Shown in pieces: positions 19,012-28,941 of a stretch of DNA of 64,000 bases. Location of the stretch: the NCBI GenBank assembly GCA_021776055.1, contig JAJFGP010000144.1:865-64864 (forward strand), read 5' to 3'. Made by a program: the position numbers and the translations under genes. The notes beneath the pieces were generated by a model. That model was not told where the DNA came from. It was given only the letters and a program-made list of their open reading frames with translations, and made no database searches. Every line of letters begins with the position of its first letter. Position 1 is the stretch's first letter. Source of the stretch: Kiloniellaceae bacterium (GTDB lineage: Bacteria; Pseudomonadota; Alphaproteobacteria; Kiloniellales; J153).

Positions 19012-20895
19012 TCATTTGGCCACCAACGCATCGACAGGGATGACCGACGGCGCTCCACTGGTCATGTCGCGGAACAACGGACAGGTCTCCAACAGCTCAT
19101 CATAACGCCCTTCGTCGATCACGCGCCCCCCGTCGAGAACGAAGATCTTATCGCAGTCGATAATTGTCGACATGCGATGGGCGATGAGAATTACCGTCAA
19201 CTCGCCCGCGAGCCCCTCGATCGTGTTGCGGATGTCTCGTTCGGTCATGTTGTCCAATGCACTCGTCGCTTCATCGAATATCAAAAGCCTGATGTCTTGA
19301 TAGAGCGCCCGGGCAATCGCGACCCTCTGGCGCTGACCGCCGGATAGACGCACAGCGGATTCGCCGATTCTCGTGTCGAGTCCGTCGGGAAGATCGGCGA
19401 CCAGTTCGGCGAGTTTCGTGAGCTTGATGACCCGCGTCAGACGCTTCTCATCGACTGACGCCCGATCCAGGCCAAAAGCGATATTTTCACGCAAAGTAGC
19501 GTCCAGCATGAAGGGCAATTGGGAAACATATCCAATCCTGCCGCGCCATTGGTGGAGTTGCGCGCGACTCAGCCGTGCGCCGTCGATAGAAATTTCGCCC
19601 TGTTGCGGCTCTAGTAGACCCGAAAGGATGTCGATCAGCGTGCTCTTGCCCGCACCGGACGGCCCCGCCAACCCATAAACCTTACCGAACTCGAACCGAA
19701 CGTCGACACCGTGGAGCGCCGATTGTTTTCCGGTTTTGTATGTGTAGCCGAGCCCGGTCGTCGAGATTTCCTGCCAGTCCGCGAACCGGTCGACGCCCGT
19801 CGATGGGTCAGTAGCGATCGATGGAACCGCCTCGCTACTTTCCGTCTCGGCGATCAGATGGCGCATCTCTTCGATCATCGGCAAGACGTTGAGGATTGTA
19901 CTGAGGTTCGAAATTACAGTACTCAAGATAGGCATCAAGCGCATCGCCGCGACCACATAAAGGGCAAGAAGCGTCGCCAGTTCGCCGGGCGCCACGCCGC
20001 TCGATAACGCGATAACGATGAGCCCAATCATGGCACCGTAGCCGATGGTCTCAACGCTCATGCGTGGCAACTGCTGCCATTGCCTGAGACGGTTATCGGC
20101 GGCGACCACATGCCTGACCGTGTCACCATATTTGTTGAGGAAGAACGCTTCTGAACCCGTCATCTTGATGTCCTTGAGTCCAGCAATCGCGTGGGTGCCA
20201 AGGATCGAGACTTGGAAATGCCCTAAGCGCTTGATCTCGGCGTAACGCAGGATAGTAGGCTGGATACCGCGAACCAAAGCCCAGCCAAGGGCGATGCCGA
20301 GCACTGAGATCACAGCCCCGGCGCGTGGACTCGCATAGATCAGAACACCCATGGTCATGACGCTGAAGATCAGATCGTTGCCAAGCATCAATATGGACCG
20401 CAGAAAGGCCCGCGCCCATCCCGCAACATGATTGAGAACGATAAGGCGCAGGGTCTGGGAGTTGTGTTGAAGCGTCCAGGCATAAGGCGCATTCAGCACG
20501 CGTTCCAAAAGTTCCTGGCCTTGCCGCGCCTCGCAGTCTCCGCAGAACCTATTCTGTACGCCCAGGGTGAACCAGCTGAACAGGTTCTTGAACAGCACCA
20601 GGACCAACAGAAGGATCCCGGTGAGAACGAGAAGTTCGGTCGGTGAGCCAATTCCAAAGAAATCGATCGCCTCTTTGAATTTGGGATGGCCGAGGACACG
20701 GTCGGGATCCACCGCCGTCAGAACGAACGGGACAATTGCCGTCAGCGCTACCGTCTTGATCAAACCGTCCATTATGATCATCACCCAAACCCAGGTGACG
20801 CGACGGCGTTCGGACTTCGCCAGCACCGCCCATCCCTTCGAGATACCCCGAAGCAAAGACGGTATTTCGATTTTGCCGACGAATTCGATACTCAT
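19012..20895 (-). CDS. ABC transporter permease/ATPase, PglK/MsbA-like glycolipid flippase
   Basis: TM domain plus Walker A GPSGAGKST, LSGGQRQR, FDEATSALD and IAHR H-loop. Confidence 0.92.
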   Translation of the reverse strand: MSIEFVGKIEIPSLLRGISKGWAVLAKSERRRVTWVWVMIIMDGLIKTVALTAIVPFVLTAVDPDRVLGHPKFKEAIDFFGIGSPTELLVLTGILLLVLVLFKNLFSWFTLGVQNRFCGDCEARQGQELLERVLNAPYAWTLQHNSQTLRLIVLNHVAGWARAFLRSILMLGNDLIFSVMTMGVLIYASPRAGAVISVLGIALGWALVRGIQPTILRYAEIKRLGHFQVSILGTHAIAGLKDIKMTGSEAFFLNKYGDTVRHVVAADNRLRQWQQLPRMSVETIGYGAMIGLIVIALSSGVAPGELATLLALYVVAAMRLMPILSTVISNLSTILNVLPMIEEMRHLIAETESSEAVPSIATDPSTGVDRFADWQEISTTGLGYTYKTGKQSALHGVDVRFEFGKVYGLAGPSGAGKSTLIDILSGLLEPQQGEISIDGARLSRAQLHQWRGRIGYVSQLPFMLDATLRENIAFGLDRASVDEKRLTRVIKLTKLAELVADLPDGLDTRIGESAVRLSGGQRQRVAIARALYQDIRLLIFDEATSALDNMTERDIRNTIEGLAGELTVILIAHRMSTIIDCDKIFVLDGGRVIDEGRYDELLETCPLFRDMTSGAPSVIPVDALVAK

Positions 20896-20931
20896 GGCTT
20901 TACGTACGTCATATCGGGCTGCATGGGCCGG

Positions 20932-22902
20932 TCAATATCCCCACATATGCTGTAGTGAGACGGCCTGATCGCGCCAAACGACAATCAGATTGGCATTCAA
21001 ATCGGCGTCATAGGACTGCACCAGGAGAGTGCCGAATGTGTCGTCGAGATGCGCGCTCTGCTCGGCAAATGCTTCGTCCAACCAGACCATCTGATGGCAG
21101 AAGGGGCCCAACGTCCCGTCCGCAACGATCTCGACACCGGTCGGGTTCAGCAAGCGCAATCGATAGTCGGCGGCGTTGGCGTAATCGCGCGCGCCGCTGC
21201 CGTTGACCAGCAAAACCGCAGGCCGAACTTTCGCGCCGGCGGGGACACTGGAAAATACGTTCGTTCGACCGGCAAGCATACGATCCTGGGAAAGCCAGTG
21301 AGGAAACTCATTCACCTGAATACCAAGGTTGCGCCAGCAGCTTTGGAATTCGGTGACGTCGAAATCATGGGTGCTACGATGGCGGGCGACCAGATTGCCC
21401 GACGGACCACGGCCCCTCGGGTCGAGGTCCATGGCAACCCAATCCGGCGCAACCACGATCAGCCCAACGCGATCGCGCATCACAGGGTCCAATTCGCCGA
21501 GAACGTCTCGCGCCATTGCCGGCCCGACATCGGTCTTTTCGAATTTGAACGCGGTTACCAGGGCGCCCTCATGATCGAACGCGGTGATCGAGAAGCATCC
21601 GAGCCTCGGCACATTGGCGTCGAACTCGAAGCCGAATTCGACCGGATCATCGGCGCCGCTGACGGGGACCGCGTGCGGGTGCAGCATAACACCCGCGTCG
21701 GATAGGCCGGTGATCAAGGGCAGCGCCGCTTCGACGCCGTTCAAGCGGTCCGGTGTTACGCGCAATGGGGCGCGTGCGCTGTGATTGGACGCGATATTTC
21801 GGTGATCGCCTCGCGGGCCCGGTACGGCGTCGTCGAGCGAGAACCAGAACGAGGCACCGTAACCTTTGTATTTGCAGCCGACGTAATCATCGACACCGGA
21901 ATCGACACCGTCGTTGCGAAAGTCTAACTGCTCGATACGCCGGTCGCGCGAGCGTGTCCGTGAAGAGATTACCTGGCCATCGATACACTCAAGGACGGCG
22001 CCCTCTTCGGTGGCATCCAGATCATAGTTCGGCAGGGTAATCACGAGATTGCCTTTGTTCAGGATCGCGCGGCTGACCTTGAATTCGTTGTCGCTGGCGG
22101 GCCCGCGAAAATCATGGCCGCCATGCAGGCTGGTAGCGGAGTCAGCCCACAGCAGATGGCCGGTGCCGCGCCAGCGGTAATGGCGGCCCCTGGTCAGCAC
22201 CGGATGAGCGACGAACTGCGAGATACAGGCCGGCCCCTGGCGATTAGGCAACCATTCGTTCAGATTGACTTTCAGCCCCCGCCGCGGGGGGAGAAGTAGC
22301 CATTCGATCTTCGATGTTACTTGATCGAAGACCTCTATCTTGACCTGGAGCGGATCCTTCAACCCGAAGAAGTCTTCGAAATGATTGAAGATATAGACGT
22401 CCGCATCGCTGCATTCCGCCGGGACGGGCAGGGTGCCCGCGCAAAATTCAAAGCCGTCAGCCGCCCAGAAAGTGGGCCTGTAACAATCGTGCGCATGCAT
22501 CAACCGCAATACGTGGCGGTAATCCGGGCCGACGCCGGGCCCGCCGACGACGACACAGTCAAAATCGCTGAGGGCGATCCGATTTATATTTTCAGCGCCC
22601 TGCGCGTGATCGGCATAATTGCTCGACGCCCAGAGGCAATCCGCGGCCCGTACGCCACTTACGATTGCCTCATAAAACGCTGCGTCCCCATAGACCAGAA
22701 TACGGTTGTATCCCGCACCGTCCTTGACCGCCTTGACGACGTCCGCGACAGTTTTCGATACGCCGTTCGGCGCCTTGCGCATACGGCCCGACATTGGCGG
22801 AATGGGAGACTCGCGATCATGCAGTCGATACCGTAGCACATGCGCGAGCATCGCTGGATCTCGACGCAGTAGACTCACGGCATTACGGATTTTTCTGATC
22901 AT
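20932..22902 (-). CDS. Hypothetical 656-aa protein, possibly with internally repeated beta domains
   Basis: Long ORF in operon context with a GGAG RBS; no recognisable catalytic motif. Confidence 0.75.
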   Translation of the reverse strand: MIRKIRNAVSLLRRDPAMLAHVLRYRLHDRESPIPPMSGRMRKAPNGVSKTVADVVKAVKDGAGYNRILVYGDAAFYEAIVSGVRAADCLWASSNYADHAQGAENINRIALSDFDCVVVGGPGVGPDYRHVLRLMHAHDCYRPTFWAADGFEFCAGTLPVPAECSDADVYIFNHFEDFFGLKDPLQVKIEVFDQVTSKIEWLLLPPRRGLKVNLNEWLPNRQGPACISQFVAHPVLTRGRHYRWRGTGHLLWADSATSLHGGHDFRGPASDNEFKVSRAILNKGNLVITLPNYDLDATEEGAVLECIDGQVISSRTRSRDRRIEQLDFRNDGVDSGVDDYVGCKYKGYGASFWFSLDDAVPGPRGDHRNIASNHSARAPLRVTPDRLNGVEAALPLITGLSDAGVMLHPHAVPVSGADDPVEFGFEFDANVPRLGCFSITAFDHEGALVTAFKFEKTDVGPAMARDVLGELDPVMRDRVGLIVVAPDWVAMDLDPRGRGPSGNLVARHRSTHDFDVTEFQSCWRNLGIQVNEFPHWLSQDRMLAGRTNVFSSVPAGAKVRPAVLLVNGSGARDYANAADYRLRLLNPTGVEIVADGTLGPFCHQMVWLDEAFAEQSAHLDDTFGTLLVQSYDADLNANLIVVWRDQAVSLQHMWGY

Positions 22903-22955
22903 TGATTCTCCTCCATGGCCCGCATCGGTTTAACCAGCTCAGCCCGTGATCCCGT

Positions 22956-25256
22956 CTAGCCAAGGAGGTCGCCGTGGTCGCGGAGAAAACCAGCCGCCAT
23001 GCGCGACGGCATCTGGAACATGGGAAGGCTCGCATCCACGTGCGTCATCAGTTTTTCCTGACGCGCCCGGTCCTCGGCGGTTTCGGTCCAGGTGCCGTCT
23101 AGGCGCCGGCGCATTTCGTCGGCCGCGTCAGCGAGTTCCTGAGGCGTGTTATCAATCACCGAGAGCCCACGCTCTTCGAAAAACGTATCCTGGTACATCG
23201 CCCGCCAGTGTGTCTGGCGTGACATCTCGATCATTTCGGCGAAGGTGAGAATGCCCTTCGGCCCCACCAGGAGCTTCGGCAGATAGAGTCCATTCGCCTG
23301 CGGCGGCAAGTTCTCCCACGGCCACGGGAGCGTGTTTACGTAGACGGTGGGCCTGTTGAAGATGTAGCCCATATAAACGACTCCGCTACCGGCTCCCATG
23401 CAGAAGTGGCAGTGCGCCATCAGGTAGATATCGGCGAAAGATGCATCCGCGCCGAGTGTCTTACGATGTCGGCCGCCAAAGTCGACGAGGTTAGGTAAGG
23501 ATTCTTCTAGGTCACCGTCAACCTCGGCGCCCATGCGCAGGCCAATCAGTCCGTCAGCCGCCAATCGCTCTAGCGTGGCCGAATAGTCAGAAAAAGCTGC
23601 GTTGCGAAATTTCTGATAGAGAGAAGACTCCATCTTTACAGAGTGTTGCCTGGCCGCTTCCTGGTCACCGCTCATATGGCGGTATTTGGCCGCATAAAGA
23701 GCGGTGTTGTGTTTGAGGGGAAAGGAACTATCTCGTGCATAAAGACAAACATAACGCCCTCGTTCCAACCCAAGTCGCTTGAGAATCCTTAGGCCACGGG
23801 CGTGTTCCTCCTCAGAGAAAGTGATCTGCGGCGGCGTATCATTCCAGACCGTTGTATGTAGCAGTTTATCCTTGAATCCCGCCCACAATAGGACTTTCCT
23901 ACCGAATGCACGCCTGCTCACAAGATCAACTTGACGCAGATGACGAATGACCGCATCTGGTACGCGGACAACAGTCAATATCTCGAGATGCTTTTCCAGC
24001 AAATAGTCATTAGGCACATAGCTTCCACGCAGATAGACGCTTCGCATGCCGCCGGGCTCGGTGGTGCGTAGGTGGTGCTCGATATCGAATGCCTGATGGC
24101 CGAACTGGTCGGCATAGATACCTATATTTAATCCGGCAGCGCGCAGCACCAATAGGAGCATATGGGCCGGCGCTGTTCTCACTAGGTTCAACCAGGTTCG
24201 AATATTACGGCCAAGGCCGAGCTTTTTGGCAGTGATCGCTTGCGGAGCATGACTCGGTGATGCGGCCGTCCCGTTAAGCAACGCCTCGACCCGAGCGCAC
24301 AGGGCTTCGGCCACCTCTAGTTGGGTCGCGGCAACGGACCGCCGCACAGCGCCGGACTCAAGTCGGTCGCGGCGGAACGGGTTGAGGACGATGAGTGCCC
24401 AGCGCAGCCCGTAGAGGGGCAGAAAACGGCGCAAGCGCTCGGCGAAGGTGCCATCCTCGGGAACCATACGACCGACCGCATCGACCATACGGCTTGCCAT
24501 CTTAGGCGGTAGCTGCGTTGCCGGATGGAGCAGGATATCGCCCACTAGTTTCGCGGGGTCGTCCCAGCCCGTGTAGTCAAAATCGACAAAGGCGATCGCG
24601 CCATCGGGCGCGCGGATCGCGTTGTGAAGCCCAAAGTCCGCTGGGATCAGACGGCGGTTGTGCGGTGCCAACTCGGTCTCGAAATCCGGCGCACTGGCGG
24701 CGACGAGCGCGCGATCGAGGAGTGGTTGAAACCGCGACCCAAGAAACGAGCTGAGCGCGGCGTCTTCGATAAAGCCACCAAGACGTCTATGGATTTGTTC
24801 GGCTATGGCGGCACCCGAGAGACAGGCCTCCGACGCAAGCGGGAAGTTGCGCGCGCCCGTGTGGTCCGACGAGGCGAGCACCGCCGCGATGAACGCGAGC
24901 GCTCGATCAAGTACTAAGTCGTCCCAGCGTTCGGGGCGCTCGCCCTCGATCCATTCCATCAACAACAGGTTCTCATCCTCGTCGACGGCGATTGGCGCGG
25001 GTATATCAGCGATGCCGCAAGCCTGGAAGTGGTTGAGCGCCCGCCACTCGACGGTGGCCCGTGGACGATCATCCCCGGGCCTCGCAGGATAGCGCTTGAG
25101 TGCGTAGCGCACGTTCCCTGCTTCGATCCGATAGATCGTGCTGTTCGCGCCCGCGCCCGTGGCACGAATGGCGTCCACAGGTGCGCTCAGCATGGCGGCA
25201 GCCCGCTCGCGCAGCACGTCGGTCGCCTCGTCCCGGATCATGGCAGTGTCTGTCAT
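22956..25256 (-). CDS. Fusion of an aminoglycoside-phosphotransferase-like kinase and a TIGR04372-like glycosyltransferase
   Basis: N-half: ALKRY, LLMEWIEG, PADFGLHN, VDFDYTGWDDP. C-half: CLYARDS, FRNA, DIYLMAHCHF..G.GSG, DNTPQEL. ATG 25256 overlaps the upstream stop. Confidence 0.8.
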   Translation of the reverse strand: MTDTAMIRDEATDVLRERAAAMLSAPVDAIRATGAGANSTIYRIEAGNVRYALKRYPARPGDDRPRATVEWRALNHFQACGIADIPAPIAVDEDENLLLMEWIEGERPERWDDLVLDRALAFIAAVLASSDHTGARNFPLASEACLSGAAIAEQIHRRLGGFIEDAALSSFLGSRFQPLLDRALVAASAPDFETELAPHNRRLIPADFGLHNAIRAPDGAIAFVDFDYTGWDDPAKLVGDILLHPATQLPPKMASRMVDAVGRMVPEDGTFAERLRRFLPLYGLRWALIVLNPFRRDRLESGAVRRSVAATQLEVAEALCARVEALLNGTAASPSHAPQAITAKKLGLGRNIRTWLNLVRTAPAHMLLLVLRAAGLNIGIYADQFGHQAFDIEHHLRTTEPGGMRSVYLRGSYVPNDYLLEKHLEILTVVRVPDAVIRHLRQVDLVSRRAFGRKVLLWAGFKDKLLHTTVWNDTPPQITFSEEEHARGLRILKRLGLERGRYVCLYARDSSFPLKHNTALYAAKYRHMSGDQEAARQHSVKMESSLYQKFRNAAFSDYSATLERLAADGLIGLRMGAEVDGDLEESLPNLVDFGGRHRKTLGADASFADIYLMAHCHFCMGAGSGVVYMGYIFNRPTVYVNTLPWPWENLPPQANGLYLPKLLVGPKGILTFAEMIEMSRQTHWRAMYQDTFFEERGLSVIDNTPQELADAADEMRRRLDGTWTETAEDRARQEKLMTHVDASLPMFQMPSRMAAGFLRDHGDLLG

Positions 25257-25915
25257 TCGAAAAAGATGAACCCGTAGTCGCCGCTGTAGCCCCAGCCGTC
25301 GTAGAGCCAGACCCATTCCTCCACGTCAAAGAAGCTGGCGCAGGTGAGCTGCCAGTAGAGCAGGTTCACCTTCTCGCGCTCATTGCGCCAGGATTCGACG
25401 CAGATCCATTTGGCGCCCCTGCCCACGCGCTCGACCTCGCGGACCGCCCGCTCGAGATCAAAGATGCGAAGGTTGTGAAACGTGTTCAAGCTGATCACCA
25501 AATCGAAGCTGCTGTCGGGCCAGGGTAGGTCGGTCGCGTTGCCCTTTGTGAGGTGCGGCCGCACCTCCTCCTTGGCATGCTCAATGCCGTAGTCGGAAAT
25601 GTCGATACCGGCGATTTCGAGACCGGGGACAACGCGGGTCAGCTCATAGAGTAAAAACGCCTTGCCGCAGCCCACATCAAGCACGCGCTGGCCCGCTTCG
25701 AGATCGTAGTGGCGGGCGATGTCCTCGGCAATTGGCCGCCAACGCCCATCGTATGTGTAGCCGCCGTAGCCGTACTGCCTGTCGCCGTCCCAGTAGTCAT
25801 GGTCCCACTGCTTGGCTACTTCGGCGCAGTCAGCTTTGTCGTGATCAACGACGCGTTGAATATAATCGCGCTTCGATTGCTTCTGATACCTCTCAAGAAA
25901 ATCTATGCGAGCCAT
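25253..25915 (-). CDS. Class I SAM methyltransferase
   Basis: DYWDGDRQYGYGGY..DGRW, VLDVGCGKA and FDLVISLNTFHN motifs. Start ATG 25915. Confidence 0.88.
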   Translation of the reverse strand: MARIDFLERYQKQSKRDYIQRVVDHDKADCAEVAKQWDHDYWDGDRQYGYGGYTYDGRWRPIAEDIARHYDLEAGQRVLDVGCGKAFLLYELTRVVPGLEIAGIDISDYGIEHAKEEVRPHLTKGNATDLPWPDSSFDLVISLNTFHNLRIFDLERAVREVERVGRGAKWICVESWRNEREKVNLLYWQLTCASFFDVEEWVWLYDGWGYSGDYGFIFFE

Positions 25916-25919
25916 GGCG

Positions 25920-26357
25920 TTAGCCTTCGCATTCCGTTCGCAAAGCCGCGGTAGGGATCGCGTCAAACGCCAGATGGCGCACCCGCCACACGTCCTCGAT
26001 GCTCACCAGGTCGTCTTCCGATTGAATCGTGAGATTCTCGACGGCGCCATGCAAGCTCGCGCCGGCAGCGAGGATGCGCAGGCAAATGTCGCGTCTGCGC
26101 TTGGCCCGCTCGGGCAGCATAAACAGCGAATAAAGTACCACGCCGTCAAGGTTCGGCGCCTCGCGTATCACGTCCTCGAGCATCATGTAGCAGGCCGGCA
26201 TTGCGTATTCCGTGGCGCTTAGCAAAAACGCGTGCCCGTGCTTTTGGCAGTAATCGCGGATCACGAGATTCTGTACATGCTGGGGCACCCGAGCACCGTC
26301 GTAGGGCCGCGAACCGATGTAGCCCCGGTGACCGTAGCGGGTTGGGCCGCTACTCAT
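25920..26357 (-). CDS. Sporadic carbohydrate cluster protein, LIC12192-like (TIGR04323-like)
   Basis: GYIGSRP..G.RVPQHVQNLVIRDYC...LLSATEY motif recalled for this family. Start ATG 26357. Confidence 0.8.
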   Translation of the reverse strand: MSSGPTRYGHRGYIGSRPYDGARVPQHVQNLVIRDYCQKHGHAFLLSATEYAMPACYMMLEDVIREAPNLDGVVLYSLFMLPERAKRRRDICLRILAAGASLHGAVENLTIQSEDDLVSIEDVWRVRHLAFDAIPTAALRTECEG

Positions 26358-27177
26358 CGAAACCCCTAGGAAGTCGATAATCGCTGCCCATGCGGGTCGC
26401 TGGGCGTAGGGTAATGGGCTCGAAGAACTCGCCGATCTTCTTGTCCGCATAGGGGCTTAACAGGCTCTTGAAGCGGCAGTTCAGGCTCCACCGTGTCGTC
26501 GCTTCCTCATTCACCCGGTTACCGTGCATCAAGGTCTGGCTGAACAGCAGTACCGAGCCGTAAGGCACGTCGAGGAACACGATCTGATCGCGTATCGTCT
26601 CGAAGAACTGCTCGACGCTGCCCGATTGATGGGCATGCATTCCAGCCTGAATATCGCGGTCCCGCGCAAGCGGCGCGATGAACATGCTCTTCGTCTTCAT
26701 AGCATCGACAAGTGGCGTCCAGAGCACCAGTTCAAACGGCGAATCGCCATCCCAAACATCGGCGTGGAGCGGCAACAGCGAGCTCGTATCGCCGGGCAGT
26801 TGGACGCTGAGCCCCATGCCTCGCTGCATGGCGAGTTCGTTGCCGCAAAGTGCGCCGATGGCGCCGCGTGCCAGAGAAAAATAGGCCGGCCGGAGCCACG
26901 GCTCGCCCAGGAGCGAGCGGATCACCGCGAGCCTTAAGTCGTTCAACCCGGCTACGTCCGTGGTCTCGTGGACGGTGTCGAGGAAGGTGGTCGCATCGTC
27001 GTCGAGATCGAGGCCGAGATGAGCTGCGGCCGCAGACGCCGCCGCGCGCTGAATACGCGTAAGGGCTGCCGCGTCCTCAGCCGGCAGGATGACGTAGCCA
27101 TCGCGGAGGAAACGCTCGGCGAGCGCGGTCTCGTCCGCCGAAAAGAATGCGGTTTCGGTGGCCATGTTCTGAGTCAT
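26350..27177 (-). CDS. Sporadic carbohydrate cluster 2OG-Fe(II) oxygenase (TIGR04324-like)
   Basis: HAD (HxD), distal HGN His and RWS 2OG-binding Arg; SPFELVLWTPLVD. Confidence 0.85.
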   Translation of the reverse strand: MTQNMATETAFFSADETALAERFLRDGYVILPAEDAAALTRIQRAAASAAAAHLGLDLDDDATTFLDTVHETTDVAGLNDLRLAVIRSLLGEPWLRPAYFSLARGAIGALCGNELAMQRGMGLSVQLPGDTSSLLPLHADVWDGDSPFELVLWTPLVDAMKTKSMFIAPLARDRDIQAGMHAHQSGSVEQFFETIRDQIVFLDVPYGSVLLFSQTLMHGNRVNEEATTRWSLNCRFKSLLSPYADKKIGEFFEPITLRPATRMGSDYRLPRGFDE

Positions 27178-28106
27178 TTCAGGTTGTCGACTATGCTGCG
27201 TGCGATCTGCGCCGGCTGTAGGCCGTAGATTTCGAGCAGATCGTCCTGTACCCCATAGTTCACGGCGAAACGGTCGGGAATACCGAGGCGGCGAATCGCC
27301 GGCATGGGCGTCAGCGGGTTCTCGACAAGAACGTCTGTAACGGCGCTGCCCAGGCCACCCACAATCGTGTGCTCCTCGGCGATGACGACAAGTCGAGCAC
27401 GCGCGGCCATACGCAAGATCGCCTCATGGTCGAGCGGCTTAACCGTGTGCACGTGAAGCACCTCGCATGCGATACCGTCGGCCTCTAGCATGTCGGCGGC
27501 GGCGAGCGCTCGGTTGGTCATCACGCCGGTGGCGACGATCAACACGCCGTCCGATGCGCCAGTCTCGCGCATGGGGATGGCTTTGCCGATTTCGAAGCCG
27601 CGGGCGGCGTCGCTAACGATGGGATCGCCGCCCTTGGCGAGACGCATGTATATGGGGTGCGGCCAATCGAGGCTCGCTTCCATCAGGCGCACCATTTCGT
27701 CCGCATCGGCTACCGCAGTTACGGTCATGTTCGGCAGGGCGCGCATGATCGCCATGTCCTCGATAGCGAGATGGGTTGGGCCGAGGGGCGCGTAGACCAG
27801 CCCGCCGCCATTGCCGATGAGACGCACCGGCAGGTTGTGCAAGCAGAGGTCGAGTGCCACCTGCTCGTAACAGCGGCGCGTTATAAAGGTCGCGATGGTG
27901 TTGACGAAAGGCATGTAACCGTCCATGGCCATGCCGGCGGCCATGCCGATCACGTTGGCCTCCATCACGCCTTCCATGTAGTGGCGATCAGGCATTTCAG
28001 CCTTCATATCGTCAAGCAGTCCAGGACTGAGATCCGAGCCGATGAAGACGATGCGCGGGTCGCGCTTCGCCAAGGCGTAGACCATGTTGACGCAGGTTTT
28101 ACGCAT
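27174..28106 (-). CDS. Transketolase-like protein, C-terminal (pyrimidine-binding) subunit
   Basis: EGVMEANVIG.AAG, GPTHLAIED, VKPLD and EEH...GGLGS motifs. Start ATG 28106. Confidence 0.92.
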   Translation of the reverse strand: MRKTCVNMVYALAKRDPRIVFIGSDLSPGLLDDMKAEMPDRHYMEGVMEANVIGMAAGMAMDGYMPFVNTIATFITRRCYEQVALDLCLHNLPVRLIGNGGGLVYAPLGPTHLAIEDMAIMRALPNMTVTAVADADEMVRLMEASLDWPHPIYMRLAKGGDPIVSDAARGFEIGKAIPMRETGASDGVLIVATGVMTNRALAAADMLEADGIACEVLHVHTVKPLDHEAILRMAARARLVVIAEEHTIVGGLGSAVTDVLVENPLTPMPAIRRLGIPDRFAVNYGVQDDLLEIYGLQPAQIARSIVDNLK

Positions 28107-28941
28107 CGCGCCCTCCGATTGCGGCATAGAGCTCCGCGATCACGTCATCGCTGAGACGCGACTTGTGGTGCCAAGCGGCGTCGCTCTCGGCGAATGAGAC
28201 ACCCTTGCCCTTTATCGTATGGGCGATCACAGCGGACGGCTTCGCGCCGTCGAACGGCAGGTTCTTAAAGCAGGTTCTGAGCGCATCCACGTCATGGCCA
28301 TCGACTTCGCGGACCTGGAAACCGAAGCTCGTCCACTTGTCGGCGAGCGGCTCCAAGTCTTGAATTTCGCGGGTCGTGCCCGCCGACTGAAGCTTGTTGT
28401 AATCCACCACCACGGTGAGATTCGCAAGTTTGTGCTTGCCGGTAGCAAGCGCCGCCTCCCAGACCGAGCCTTCATTGATCTCGCCGTCGCCGGTGATCAC
28501 GAACACCTTTGAGCTGCGCTTCTGCATGCGCGCCGCGAGCGCCATACCGGCGCCGATAGAAAGGCCGTGGCCGAGCGCTCCCGTGGACGCCTCGATGCCC
28601 GGAGCCTTGCCGCGCTCCGGGTGGCCTCCAAGGATAGCGTCAACGTGACAGAAGCGGTCGAGTTCGGCCGGCGGGAAGAAGCCCTTGTCGGCGAGTAACG
28701 CATAAAGGGCGATGCAGCCGTGGCCCTTGCTCAGGATGCAGCGATCCCGCTCCGGCCAGTCCGGACGTGCCGGATCGAACCGTAGGACATCGTCGTAGAG
28801 CACACGGAGTATTTCGATCAGCGACAGCGAGGACCCGATGTGACCCCGCTTGCCGCCATCAAGGGCGCGAACCACCAGCCGTCGCAGTTCAAGTGAACGT
28901 TCGTCCAGGGGTGGTGTGCTGGATGCTACTTCAGACACCAC
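28099..28941 (-). CDS. Transketolase-like protein, N-terminal TPP-binding subunit
   Basis: GHIGSSLS, SKGH, GHP, STGALGHG and GDGEINEG...DYN TPP motif. Confidence 0.92.
   Translation of the reverse strand: MVSEVASSTPPLDERSLELRRLVVRALDGGKRGHIGSSLSLIEILRVLYDDVLRFDPARPDWPERDRCILSKGHGCIALYALLADKGFFPPAELDRFCHVDAILGGHPERGKAPGIEASTGALGHGLSIGAGMALAARMQKRSSKVFVITGDGEINEGSVWEAALATGKHKLANLTVVVDYNKLQSAGTTREIQDLEPLADKWTSFGFQVREVDGHDVDALRTCFKNLPFDGAKPSAVIAHTIKGKGVSFAESDAAWHHKSRLSDDVIAELYAAIGGRDA

Noticed and set aside
24505-24512. Exact GGCGGTAG ops cores at 24505-24512 and 35971-35978
   Set aside because: They are on the plus strand inside minus-strand CDSs, the wrong orientation for RfaH loading, and are expected by chance in GC-rich DNA.
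24250-25256. APH-like domain as an antibiotic-resistance gene
   Set aside because: It is fused to a glycosyltransferase inside a glycan operon, so a sugar or glycan kinase role is more parsimonious.
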